Positions 1-12,000 of a DNA stretch of 64,000 nt are shown piece after piece. The stretch's first letter is position 1. The number at the start of each line of letters is the position of its first letter. The DNA comes from Eledone cirrhosa (Eukaryota). The stretch spans positions 3,038,001 to 3,102,000 of the forward strand of contig OZ024763.1 of the NCBI GenBank assembly GCA_964016885.1, written 5' to 3'. The notes beneath the pieces are model-generated. The model saw only the letters and a list, made by a program, of their open reading frames with translations, had not been told where the DNA came from and searched no databases. The position numbers and the translations under genes are program-made.

Positions 1-3000
1 TTCCTCCCTTTACCTCCCCCTTTTCCTCCCTTTACCCTGCCCTTTTTCCTTCCCCTTTACCCTGCCCTTTTTCCTTCCCCTTTTCCTGCCCTTTTTCCTT
101 CCCCTTTTCCTGCCCTTTTTCCTTCCCCTTTTCCTGCCCTTTTCCCTCCCCCTTTTCCTGCCCTTTTCCCTCTCTCTTTTCCTGCCCTTTTTCCTCCCCC
201 TTTTCCTGCCCTTTTTCCTCCCCCTTTTCCTCCCCCTTTTCCTCCCCCTTTTCCTGCCCTTTTTCCTCCCCCTTTTCCTGCCCTTTTTTCCTCCCCCTTT
301 TCCTGCCCTTTTCCCTTCACCTTCTTCCCTCCTTCTTTTCCTGCCCTTTTCCCTTCACCTTCTTCCCTCCCCCTTTTCCCTTCACCTTCTTCCCTCCCCC
401 TTTTCCCTTCACCTTCTTCCCTCCCCCTTTTCCTGCCCTTTTCCCTTCACCTTTTCTTGCCCCCTTTTCCTTCCCTTTTTCTTGCCCCCTTTTCCTTCCC
501 TTTTTCTTGCCCCCTTTTCCTTCCCCCCTTTTCTTGCCCCCTTTTCCTTCCCCCCTTTTCTTCCCCCTTTCCCTTCCCCCCTTTTCTTCACCCTTTTCTT
601 CCCCCCTTTTCTTCACCCTTTTCTTCCCCCTTTCCCTTCCCCCTTTTCTTCCCCCTTTCCCTTCCCCCCTTTTCTTCCCCCCTTTTCTTCCCCCCTTTTC
701 TTCCCCCCTTTTCTTCCCCCCTTTTCTTCCCCCCTTTTCTTCCCCCCTTTTCTTCCCCCTTTCCCTTCCCCCCTTTTCTTCCCTCTTTCCCTTCCCCCCT
801 TTCCTCCCCCCTTTTCTTCCCCCCCTTTTCTTCCCCCCCTTTTCCTGCCCCTTTTCTTTCCCCTTTTCTTTCCCCTTTTCTTCGCCCTTTCCCTCCCCGC
901 TTTACCTTCCCCCTCCCCCTTTCCCTTTTCTTCCCCTTTCCCTTTTCTTCCCCTTTCCCTTTTCTTCCCCTTTCCCTTTTCTTTCCCTCACCCTTTACTC
1001 CCTTTCACTCCCCCTTTTCTTCCCCCTTTACCCTGCTCCCTTTTCCTGCCCCTTTCCCTCCCCTTCCCCTTTCCCTTCCCCATTTCCCTCCTCCTACCTT
1101 TCCCCCTCCCCCCCTTTTCCCTCCTCTCCCTCTTCACCCCTTTCCCTCTTCTCCCCTTTCCCTCCTCTCCCTCTTCTCCCCTTTCCCTCCTCTCCCTTTT
1201 ACTCCCCCTTTCCCTTTTACTCCCTCCTCTCCCTTTTACTCCTCTCTCCCTTTCCCCCTCCCTTCCTTTTCCTTTTCCCTCCTTCCTTTTTCCTGCCCCT
1301 TTCCCCCTCCCCCTGTCTTCCCCCTCCCCCTTTCTTCCCCCATCCCCCTTTCTTCCCCCATCCCCCCTTTCCTTCCCCCCCTTTCCCTCCCCATATCTTC
1401 CCCCTTTTCCTGCCCCTTTTCTTCCCCCGTTTCGTGCCCCCTTTTCTCCCCCCGCTTCCTGCCCCCTTTTCTCCCCCCGCTTTCTCCCCCGCTTCCTGCC
1501 CCCTTTTCTCCCCCCCGCTTCCTGCCCCCTTTTCTCCCCCCGCTTCCTGCCCCTTTCCCCTTTTTCTTGCCCCTTGCCCCTTTTTCTTGCCCCTTTTTCT
1601 TGCCCCTTGCCCCCTTTTCCTTTTCCCTCCCCCTTTTCCCTGCCCCTTTTTTCCACCCTTTTCGCTGCACCTTTTTTCCACCCTTTTCCCTGCCCCCTTT
1701 CTTCCCCCTTTTCCTGCCCCCTTTCTTCCCCCTTTTCCTGCCCCCTTTCTTCCCCCTTTTCCTGCCCCCTTTCTTCCCCCTTTTACTGTCCCTTTTCCTG
1801 CCCCCTTTTCTTCCCCCTTTTCCTGCCCCCTTTTCTTCCCCCTTTTCCTGCCCCCTTTTCTTCCCCCTTTTCCTGCCCCCTTTTCTTCCCCCTTTTCTTC
1901 CCCCTTTTTCTGCCCCCTTTTCTTCCCCCTTTTTCTGCCCCCTTTTCTTCCCCCTTTTCCCTTCCCCCTTTTTCTTCCCCCTTTTTCTTCCCCCTTTTTC
2001 TTCCCCCTTTTTCTTCCCCCTTTTTCTTCCCCCTTTTTCTTCCCCCTTTTCCCTTCCCCCTTTTTCTTCCCCCTTTTCCCTTCCCCCTTTTTCTTCCCCC
2101 TTTTCCCTTCCCCCTTTTTCTTCCCTTTTCCCTTCCCCCTTTTCTTCCGCCCTTTTCCCCTCCCCCTTTTCCCCTTTCCCTCTCCCCCTTTCCTTCCCCC
2201 TTTCCTCCCCCTTTCCTTCCCCCTTTCCCCCCTCCCCCCCCTTTCCTTCCCCCTTTTCTCCCCCCTTTTCTCCCCCCCCCCCTTTCCTTCCCCCTTTTGC
2301 TGCCCCCTTTTCTCCCCCATTTTCTTACCCCTTTTGCTGCCCCCTTTTTCACTCCCACCTTTCCTTCCCCCTTTTTCACTCCCACCTTTCCTTCCCCCCT
2401 TTTCCCTGCCCTTTTTCCTTCCCCCCTTTTCCCTGCCCTTTTTCCTTCCCCCCTTTTCCCTGCCCTTTTTCCTTCCCCATCTTCCCCCTTTCTCTCCCCC
2501 TTTTCCCTGCCCCTTTTTGTTGTCTATTGTGGTATTTTATGAACTTTCCAGGGAAACAAATAAAGACATTTCTACAAATGGTGTTCAATGCGGTGTTTGT
2601 TTCTATTCCCTTTGCCTCCCCTTTACCCCCTTTCTCCATTTCCCCTTCCCCCCCCCTCCCCTTTTCCTGCCCATTTTCTTTCCCCTTTCCCTTCCCCCTT
2701 TTCCTGCCCCCTTTTCTTCGCCCTTTCCCTCCCCTTTACTCCCTTTCCCTCCCCCTTTACTCTCCATTTACTCCCCCTTTACTCTCCATTTACTCCCCCT
2801 TTACTCTCCATTTACTCCCTTTCCTTCCCCCTTTCCCTTCCCCTTCCCCTCCGCCCTTTCCCTTCCCCTTTTCTCCGCCCTTTCTCTTCCCCTCCCCCTT
2901 CCCCCTCCCTTTCCCTCCCCTCCCTTTCCTTCCCCTCCCCTTCCCTTCCCTTTTCCTGCCCTTTTCCCTCCCCCTTTTCCTGCCCTTTTCCCTCCCCCTT

Positions 3001-6000
3001 TTCCTGCCCTTTTCCCTCCCCCTTCCTTCCCCCTCCCTTTTCCTCCCCCTTCCTTCCCCTCCCCCTTCCTTCCCCCTTCTACTTGTCCCCTTTTCCTTCC
3101 CCCTTCTACTTGTCCCCTTTTCCTTCCCCCTTTTCTCTGCCCCTTTTCCTGCCCCATTTTCTTACCCCTTTTGCTGCCCCCTTTCCCTCCTTTTTCACTC
3201 CCACCTTTCCTTCCCCCTTTTTCCCTCCCACCTTTCCTTCCCCCTTTTTCCCTCCCACCTTTCCTTCCCCCTTTTTCCCTCCCACCTTTCCTTCCCCCTT
3301 TTTCCCTCCCACCTTTCCTTCCCCCTTTTTCCCTCCCACCTTTCCTTCCCCCTTTTTCCCTCCCACCTTTCCTTCCCCCTTTTTCCCTCCCACTTTTCCT
3401 CCCCCTTTCGTGCCCCCTTTCCTTCCCCCTTTCGTGCCCCCTTTCCTTCCCCCTTTCGTGCCCCCTTTCCTTCCCCCTTTACTTGTCCCCTTTCCTTCCC
3501 CCTTTACTTGTCCCCTTTTCCTCCCTCCCTCTTTTTCCTGCCCCTTTTCTTCCCCCTTTTCCTTCCCCACTTGTCCCTGCCCCATTTCCTTCCTCCCTTT
3601 TACCTGCCCCCTTTCCCTCCTCCCTTTTACCTGCCCCCTTTCCCTCCTCCCTTTTTCCTGCCCCTTTTCCCTCCTTTTTCTCCCTCCTTTTTCTCCCCCC
3701 GTTCCTTCCCCCTTTCCTTCCCCCTTTCCTTCCCCCTTTCCTTCCCGCTTTCCTGCCCCTTTTCCCTCCTTTCCCTGCCCCTTTTCCCTCCTTTCCCTGC
3801 CCCTTTTCCTGCCCCTTTTCCCTCCTTTTCCTGCCCCTTTTCCCTCCTTTTCCTGCCCCTTTTCCCTCCTTTTTCCTGCCCCTTTTCCCTCCTTTTTCCT
3901 GCCCCTTTTCCCTCCTTTTTCCTGCCCCTTTTTTCCACCCTTTTCCCTGCCCCTTTTTTCCACCCTTTTCCCTGCCCCTTTTTTCCACCCTTTCCCTGCC
4001 CCCCCCCCCCCCTTTTCTTCCCTTTTCCCTTCCCCCTTTTCTTCCTCCCTTTTCCCCTCCCCTTTCCTTCCTCCCTTTTCCCCTCCCCCTTTCCTTCCCC
4101 CTTTTCTTCCTCCCTTTCCCTCCACCTTTTCCTACCCCTTTTTCCTTCCCCCTTTCTCTCCCCCTTTTCCCTGCCCTTTTTTGTTGTCTATTGTGGTATT
4201 TTATGAACTTTCCAGGGAAACAAAGAAATTTCTACAAATGGTGTTCAATGCGGTGTTTGTTTCTATTCCCTTTGCCTCCCTTTTCCTTCCCCCTTATACT
4301 CCCCCTTCTACTCCCCCTTCTACTCCCCGTTCCTTCCCCCTTTTCTTTCCCCCTTTTACTCGCCCCTTTTCTTTTCCCATTTACCCCCCCCCCCCCCCTT
4401 TTCTTTCCCCCGTTTCCCTTCCCCCTTTTCCCTTCCCCTTTCCCCCTCCCCCCTTTTCCGTTTCCCCTTTCCCCCTCCCCCCTTTACTCCCCCCTTTACT
4501 CCCTGCCCTCTTTACTTCCCCCTTTACTCCCTGCCCTCTTTACTTCCCCCTTTACTCCCTGCCCCTTTCCCTCTTCCTCCCCCTTTTACTTCCCCTTTTC
4601 CTGCCCCTTTCCCTCTTCCTCCCCCTTTTACTTCCCCCTTTCCCTCTTCCTCCTCCTTTTCCTTCCCCCTTTCTGTCCACCCTTCCCCCTTTCCCTCCAC
4701 CTTTACCCTGCCCCTTTCCCTGCCTCCTTTTCCTCCCCTTTTTCCCTGCCCTGTTTTCCTCCCCCTTTTCCCTGCCCCTTTTCTCCACCCTTTACTCCCT
4801 TTCCCTCCCCCTTTACTCTCCCTTTTCTTCCCCCTTTTCCTCCCTTTTTCATTTACCCCTTCCCTCCCCCTTTTTCATTCACCCCTTCCCTCCCACTTTT
4901 TCCATCCCCCCTTCCCTCCCACTTTTTCCATCCCCCCCTTCCATCCCCCCCTTCCATCCCCCTTTTCCTGCCCCTTTTACCTCCCCCTTTTCCTTCCCCT
5001 TTTCCTTCTCCTTCCCCTTTTCCTCGCCCCTTTTCCTGCTCCTTTTCTTCCCCCTTTCCCTTCCCCATGCCCTTTTCTCCCCCCCCCTCATCTCCTCCCC
5101 CTTTCCTGCCCTTTTCCCTTCCCATTTCCGTGCCCTTTTTCCTTCCCCGTCTCGTTCCCCTTTTGCTCCCCCTTTTCCTGCCCTTTTCTTCCCCCTTTTT
5201 CCTGCCCCCTTTTCTTACCCCTTTTCCCTGTCCTCTTTCCCCTCTCCCCCTTTCCCTCCTCCCCTTTTCCTCCCCCCCCTTCCACCCCTTTTTCCTGCCC
5301 CTTTTCCTTCCCCCCCTTCCACCCCTTTTTCCTGCCCCTTTTCCTTCCCCCCTTCCACCCCTTTTTCCTGCCCCTTTTCCTTCCCCCCTTCCACCCCTTT
5401 TTCCTGCACCTTTTCCTTCCCCCCCTTCCACCTTTTCCTTGGTTTTCCTTTATCTTTTTGTTGTCTATTGTGGTATTTTATGAACTTTCCAGGGAAACAA
5501 ATAGACATTTCTACAAATGGTGTTCAATTCGGTGTTTCTATTCCCTTTGCCTCCCTTATCTTCCTCCTTCCTTCCCCCTTTTACTCCCCCTTCATTCCCC
5601 CCTCACCCCCCCCCCCCCTCTTCCCCCATTTTCTTTCCCCCTTTTCTTTCCCCCTTTACTCCCCCTTTTCTTTCCCCCTTTACTCCCCCTTTTCTTTCCC
5701 CCTTTACTCCCCCTTTTCTTTCCCCCTTTACTCCCCGTTTTCTTTCCCCCTTTACTCCCCCTTTTCTTTCCCCCTTTACTCCCCCTTTTCTTTCCCCCTT
5801 TACTCCCCCTTTCTTTCCCCTTTTCCCTTCCCCTTTTTCTGCCCTTTTTCCTCCCCTTTTTCCTCCCCTTTTTCTGCCCTTTTTTCTGCCCTTTTTCCTC
5901 CCCTTTTTCCTCCCCCTTTTCTTCCCCCTTTTCCTGCCCTTTTTCTTCCCCCTTTTCCTGCCCTTTTCCTTCCCCCTTTTCCTGCCCTTTTTCCTTCCTC

Positions 6001-9000
6001 CTTTCTCTTCCACTTTTCCCTGCCCCCTTCTTCCCCCCCCTTCTTGTCCCCTTTTCCTTCCCCCCTTTCTTGTCCCCTTTTCCTTCCCCCCCTTTCTTGT
6101 CCCCTTTTCCATGCCCCTTTTCTTCCCCTTTCCCCTCCCTTTCCCTCACCCTTTACTCCCTTTCCCTCACCCTTTACTCCCTTTCCCTCCCCCTTTTCTT
6201 CCCCCTTTACCCTGCTCCCTTTTCCTGCCCCTTTCCCTCCCCTTCCCCTTTCCCTTCCCCATTCTCTTCCCCATTTCCCTCCTCCTACCTTCCCCCCCCC
6301 TTTTCCCTCCTCTCCCTCTTCTCCCCTTTCCCTCCTCTCCCCTTTCCCTCCTCTCCCTCTTCTCCCCTTTCCCTCCTCTCCCTTTTACTCCCTCCTCTCC
6401 CTTTTACTCCTCTCTCCCTTTCCCCCTCCCTTCCTTTCCCCCTTTTCCTTTTCCCTGCCCCTTTTCCCTCCTTCCTTTTTCCTGCCCCTTTTCCCTCCTC
6501 CCTTTTTCCACCCCCCTTTTATTCCCCATCCCCCCTTTTCTTCCCCCCTTTCCCTCCCCATATCTCCCCCCTTTTCCTGCCCCTTTTCTTCCCCCGTTTC
6601 GTGCCCCCTTTTCTCCCCCCGTTTCGTGCCCCCTTTTCTCCCCCCGCTTCCTGCCCCCTTTTCTCCCCCCGCTTCCTGCCCCCTTTTCTCCCCCCGCTTC
6701 CTGCCTCCTTTTCTCCCCCCGCTTCCTGCCCCTTTCCCCTTTTTCTTGCCCCTTGCCCCCTTTGTCTTGCCCCCTTTTCCTTTTCCCTCCCCCTTTTCCC
6801 TGCTTACCCTTTTCGCTGCACCTTTTTTCCACCCTTTTCCCTGCCCCTTTTCCTGCCCCCTTTCTTCCCCCTTTTCCTGCCCCTTTTCTGCCCCCTTTTC
6901 CTGCCCCTTTTCCTGCCCCCTTTTCTTCCCCCTTTTCCTGCCCCCTTTTCTTCCCCCTTTTCCTGCCCCCTTTTCTTCCCCCTTTTCCTGCCCCCTTTTC
7001 TTCCCCCTTTTCTTCCCCCTTTTCCCTTCCCCCTTTTCTTCCCCCTTTTCCCTTCCCCCTTTTTCTTCCCCCTTTTCCCTTCCCCCTTTTTCTTCCCTTT
7101 TCCCTTCCCCCTTTTCTTCCGCCCTTTTCCCCTCCCCCTTTTCTTCCGCCCTTTTCCCCTCCCCCTTCCTTCCCCCTTTCCTTCCCCCTTTCCTTTCCCC
7201 CCCTTTCCTTCCCCCTTTTCTCCTTTCCCTCTCCCTTTCCTTCTCCCTCTCCTGCTCCCTTTCCCTCCCCCTTTTCTCCTCCCTTTCCTCCTTTTCTCCA
7301 TTTCCCCCCCTTTACTCCCTTTCCGCCCCCCTTTTCCTCCCCTTTACTCTGCATCCATTTATGCCCCCTCTTCATGCCCCTTTCCCTCCCCCTTTTCCTG
7401 CCCCTTTTCCCTTTTCCTGCTCCTTTCCCTCCTCCTTTTTCTGCCCTTTTTTCTCCCCCTTTTTCTGCCCTTTTTTCTCCCCCTTTTTCTGCCCTTTTTC
7501 CTACCCCTTTCCCATGCCCTTTTCTCTTCATCCCCTCCCCCTTTTCCTGCCCTTTTTCCTTCCCCGTCTCCTTCCCCCTTTCCTGCCCTTTTTCCTTCCC
7601 CCCTTTTCCCTTTTCCTTCCCCCCCTTCGTTTTTGTTGTCTATTGTGGTATTTTATGAACTTTCCAGGGAAACAAAATAAAGACGTTTCTACAAATGGTG
7701 TTCAATGCGGTGTTTCTTTCTATTCCCTTTTCCTGCCCCTTTTGCTCCCCCTTTTCCTGCCCCTTTTGCTCCCCCTTTTCCTGCCCCTTTTGGTCCCCCT
7801 TTTGCTCCCCCTTTTGCTCCCCCCTTTTCCTGCCCCTTTTGCTCCCCCTTTTCCTGCCCCTTTGCTCCCCCCCCTTTTGCTCCCCCTTTTCCTGCCCCTT
7901 TTGCTCCCCTTCTTCCTGCCCTTTTCCCTTCACCTTTTTCTTGCCCCCTTTTCCTTCCCTTTTTCTTGCCCCCTTTTCCCTGCCCCTTTTTGTTGTCTAT
8001 TGTGGTATTTTATGAACTTTCCAGGGAAACAAAATAAAGAAATTTCTACAAATGGTGTTCAATGCGGTGTTTCTTTCTATTCCCTTTGCTTCCCTTTTCC
8101 TTCCCCTTCCTTCCCCCTTCTACTTGTCCCCTTTTCCTTCCGCCTTTTCTCTGCCCTTTTCCTGCCCCCTTTTGCTGCCCCATTTTCTTACCCCTTTTGC
8201 TGCTCCCTTTCCCTCCCCCTTTTTCACTCCCACCTTTCCTTCCCCCTTTCCCCTCCCCCTTTCGTGCCCCCTTTCCCTCCCACCTTTCCTTCCCACCTTT
8301 CCTTCCCCCTTTACTTGTCCCTTTTCTTCCCCCTTTTCCTTGTCCCTGCCCCTTTTCCCTCCTCCCTTTTTCCTTCGCCTTTTCCTGCCCCTTTTCCCTC
8401 CTTTTTCTACCCCCGTTCCTTCCAGCTTTCCTGCCCCTTTTCCTTTTCCCTCCTTTTCCTGCCCCTTTTCCCTCCTTTTCCTGCCCCTTTTCCCTCCTTT
8501 CCCTGCCCCTTTTCCCTCCTTTCCCTGCCCCTTTTCCCTCCTTTCCCTGCCCCTTTTCCCTCCTCCTTTTTCCTGCCCCTTTTCTTCCCCCTTTTCTTCC
8601 TTTTCCCCGCCCCTTTTTTCCACCCTTTTCCCTGCCCCTTTTCTTCCCCCTTTTTCCCCTCCCCCTTTTCTTCCCCCTTTTCCCCCTCCACATATTCCCC
8701 CTTTCCTTTCCCCTTTTCCCCCTCCACCTTTTCCCCCTTTCCTTCCCCTTTCCCTCCTCTCCCTCCCCCTTTCCTTTCCCCCTTTCCCTCCTCTCCCTCC
8801 CCTCCCTCCCCCTTTCCCTCCCCTCCCTTTCCCTATCCCTCCTCCTTTCCTGCCCCCCTTCCCCCCCTTTCCTCCCCCCTTTCTCCCCCCTTTTCTTCCC
8901 CCTTTCCCTTCCCCCTTTTCTTCCCCCCTTTCCCTTCCCCCTTTTCTTCCCCCCTTTCCCTTCCCCCCTTTTCTTCCCCCCTTTCCCTTCCCCCCTTTAC

Positions 9001-12000
9001 TCCCTTTTTCCATTTCCCCTTTCCTCCCCCCCTTTTCCTGCCCCTTTTCTTTCCCCTTTTCTTTCCCCTTTTCCTCCCATTTTCCTTCCCCCCTTTTCTT
9101 CGCCCCTTTCCCTCCCCGCTTTACCTTCCCCCCGCTTTCCCTCCCCCTCCCCCTTTCCCTCCCCGCTTTCCCCCTCCCCCTTTCCCTTTTCTTCCCCTTT
9201 CCCCTCCCTTTCCCTCACCCTTTACTCCCTTTCCCTCCCCCTTTACCCTGCTCCCCTTCCCCATTTCCCTCCTCCTACCTTTCCCCCCCCTTTTCCCTCC
9301 TCTCCCTCTTCACCCCTTTCCCTCTTCTCCCCTCTCCCTCTTCTCCCCTTTCCTCCTCTCCCTTTTACTCCCCCTCTCCCTTTTACTCCTCTCTCCCTTT
9401 CCCCCTCCCTTCCTTTCCCCCTCCCTTCCTTTCCCCCCTTTTTCCTTTTCCCTGCCCCTTTTCCCTCCTCCTTTTCCACCCCTTTTTTTCCCCCATCCCC
9501 CCTTTCCTGCCCCTTTTGCTCCCCCTTTTCCTGCCCCTTTTGCTTCCCCCTTTTCCTGCCCTTTTTCCTTCCCCCTTTCCTGCCCTTCTTCCTTCCCCTT
9601 CTTCCTTCCCCTTCTTCCTGCCCTTTTTCCTTCCCTTTTTCCTTCCCCTTCTTCCTTCCCCTTCTTCCTTCCCCTTCTTCCTTCCCCTTCTTCCTTCCCC
9701 TTCTTCCTTCCCTCTTTCCTTCCTTCCCCCCTTCCTTCGTTTTCCTTTATCTTTTTGTTGTCTATTGAGGTATTTTATGAACTTTCCAGGGAAACAAGAT
9801 AGACATTTCTACAAATGGTGTTCAATGCGGTGTTTTCTTTCTACCCCCCTTACTCCCCCCTTCTACCCCCTTACTCCCCCGCCTTCTACTCCCCTTTTTC
9901 CTTCCCCTTTTCCCTCCCCCTTTTCCTGCCCTTTTTCCTTCCCCTTTTCCCTCCCCCTTTTCCTGCCCTTTTCCCTTCACCTTCCCCCTTTTCTTGCCCC
10001 TTTTTCTTGCCCCCTTTTTCTTGCGCCCCTTTTCCCTGCCCCTTTTTGTTTATTGTGGTATTTTATGAACTTTCCAGGGAAACAAAAAGAAATTTCTACA
10101 AATGGTGTTCAATGCGGTGTTTCTTTCTATTCCCTTTGCTTCCCTTTTCCTTCCCCCTTCCTTCCCCCTTCCTTCCCCCTTCTACTTGTCCTCTTTTCCT
10201 TCCCCCTTTTCTCTGCCCCTTTTCCTTCCCCCTTTTCTCTGCCCCTTTTCCTGCCCCATTTTCTTACCCCTTTTCCTGCCCCATTTTCTTACCCCTTTTG
10301 CTGCCCCCTTTTTCACTCCCACCTTTCCCTCCCCCTTTTTCACTCCCACCTTTCCCTCCCCCTTTTTCACTCCCACCTTTCCTTCCCCCTTTTTCACTCC
10401 CACCTTTCCTTCCCCCCTTTTCCCTGCCCTTTTTTCTTCCCCATCTTCCCCCTTTCTCTCCCCCTTTTCCCTGCCCCTTTTTGTTGTCTATTGTGGTATT
10501 TTATGAACTTTCCAGGGAAACAAATAAAGACATTTCTACAAATGGTGTTCAATGCGGTGTTTGTTTCTATTCCCTTTGCCTCCCCTTTACCCCCTTTCTC
10601 CATTTCCCCTTCCCCCCCCCCCCTCCCCTTTTCCTGCCCATTTTCTTTCCCCTTTTCCTTTCCCCTTTTCCTCCCATTTTCTTTTCCCCTTTTCCTCCCA
10701 TTTTCCTTTCCCTTCCCCCTTTTCCTGCCCCCTTTTCTTCGCCCTTTCCCTCCCCGCTTTTACTCCCTTTCCCTCCCCCTTCCCCCCTCCCTTTCCCTCC
10801 CCTCCCTTTCCTTCCCCTTCCCTTCCCTTTCCCTCCCCTTTTCCTGCCCTTTCCCCTCCCCCTTTTCCTGCCCTTTCCCCTCCCCCTTTTCCTGCCCTTT
10901 TCCCTCCCCCTTTTCCTGCCCTTTTCCCTCCCCCTTTTCCTGCCCTTTTCCCTCCCCCTTTTCCTGCCCTTTTCCCTCCCCCTTTTCCTGCCCTTTTCCC
11001 TCCCCCTTTTCCTGCCCTTTTCCCTCCCTCTTTTCCTGCCCTTTCCCTCCCCCTTTTCCTGCCCTTTTCCCTCCCTCTTTTCCTGCCCTTTCCCTCCCCC
11101 TTTTCCTGCCCTTTTCCCTCCCCCTTTTCCTGTCCCTTTTCCTTCACCTTCTGCCCCCTTTCCTTCCCTTTTTCTTGCCCCCTTCCCTTCCCTTTTTCTT
11201 GCCCCCTTTCCTTCCCTTTTTCTTGCCCCCTTTGCCTTACCTTTTTCTTGCCCCCTTTGCCTTCCCCCTTTCTCTCCCCCTTTGCCTTCCCCCTTTCTCT
11301 CCCCCTTTGCCTTCCCCCTTTCTCTCCCCCTTTCTCTCCCCCTTTTCCCTGCCCCTTTCTCTCCCCCTTTTCCCTGCCCCTTTTTGTTGTCTATTGTGGT
11401 ATTTTATGAACTTTCCAGGGAAACAAAAAGAAATTTCTACAAATGGTGTTCAATGCGGTGTTTCTTTCTATTCCCTTTGCTTCCCTTTTCCTCCCCCTTC
11501 CTTCCCCCTCCCTTCCCCCTCCCTTTTCCTCCCCCTTCCTTCCCCCTTCTACTTGTCCCCTTTTCCTTCCCCCTTTTCTCTGCCCCATTTTCTTACCCCT
11601 TTTGCTGCCCCCTTTCCCTCCCCCTTTCCCTCCCCCTTTTCCCCTCCCACTTTTCCTTCCCCCTTTTTCCCTCCCACTTTTCCTTCCCCCTTTTTCCCTC
11701 CCACTTTTCCTCCCCCTTTCGTGCCCCCTTTCCTTCCCCCTTTCGTGCCCCCTTTCCTTCCCCCTTTCGTGCCCCCTTTCCTTCCCCCTTTCCTTCCCCC
11801 TTTACTTGTCCCCTTTCCTTCCCCCTTTACTTGTCCCCTTTTCCTCCCTCCTTTACTTGTCCCCTTTTCCTCCCTCTTTTTCCTCCCCCTTTTCCTTCCC
11901 CACTTGTCCCTGCCCCTTTTCTTTCCTCCCTTTTACCTGCCCCCTTTTTCCTCCGCCTTTTCCTGCCCCTTTTCCCTCCTTTTTCTACCCCCGTTCCTTC

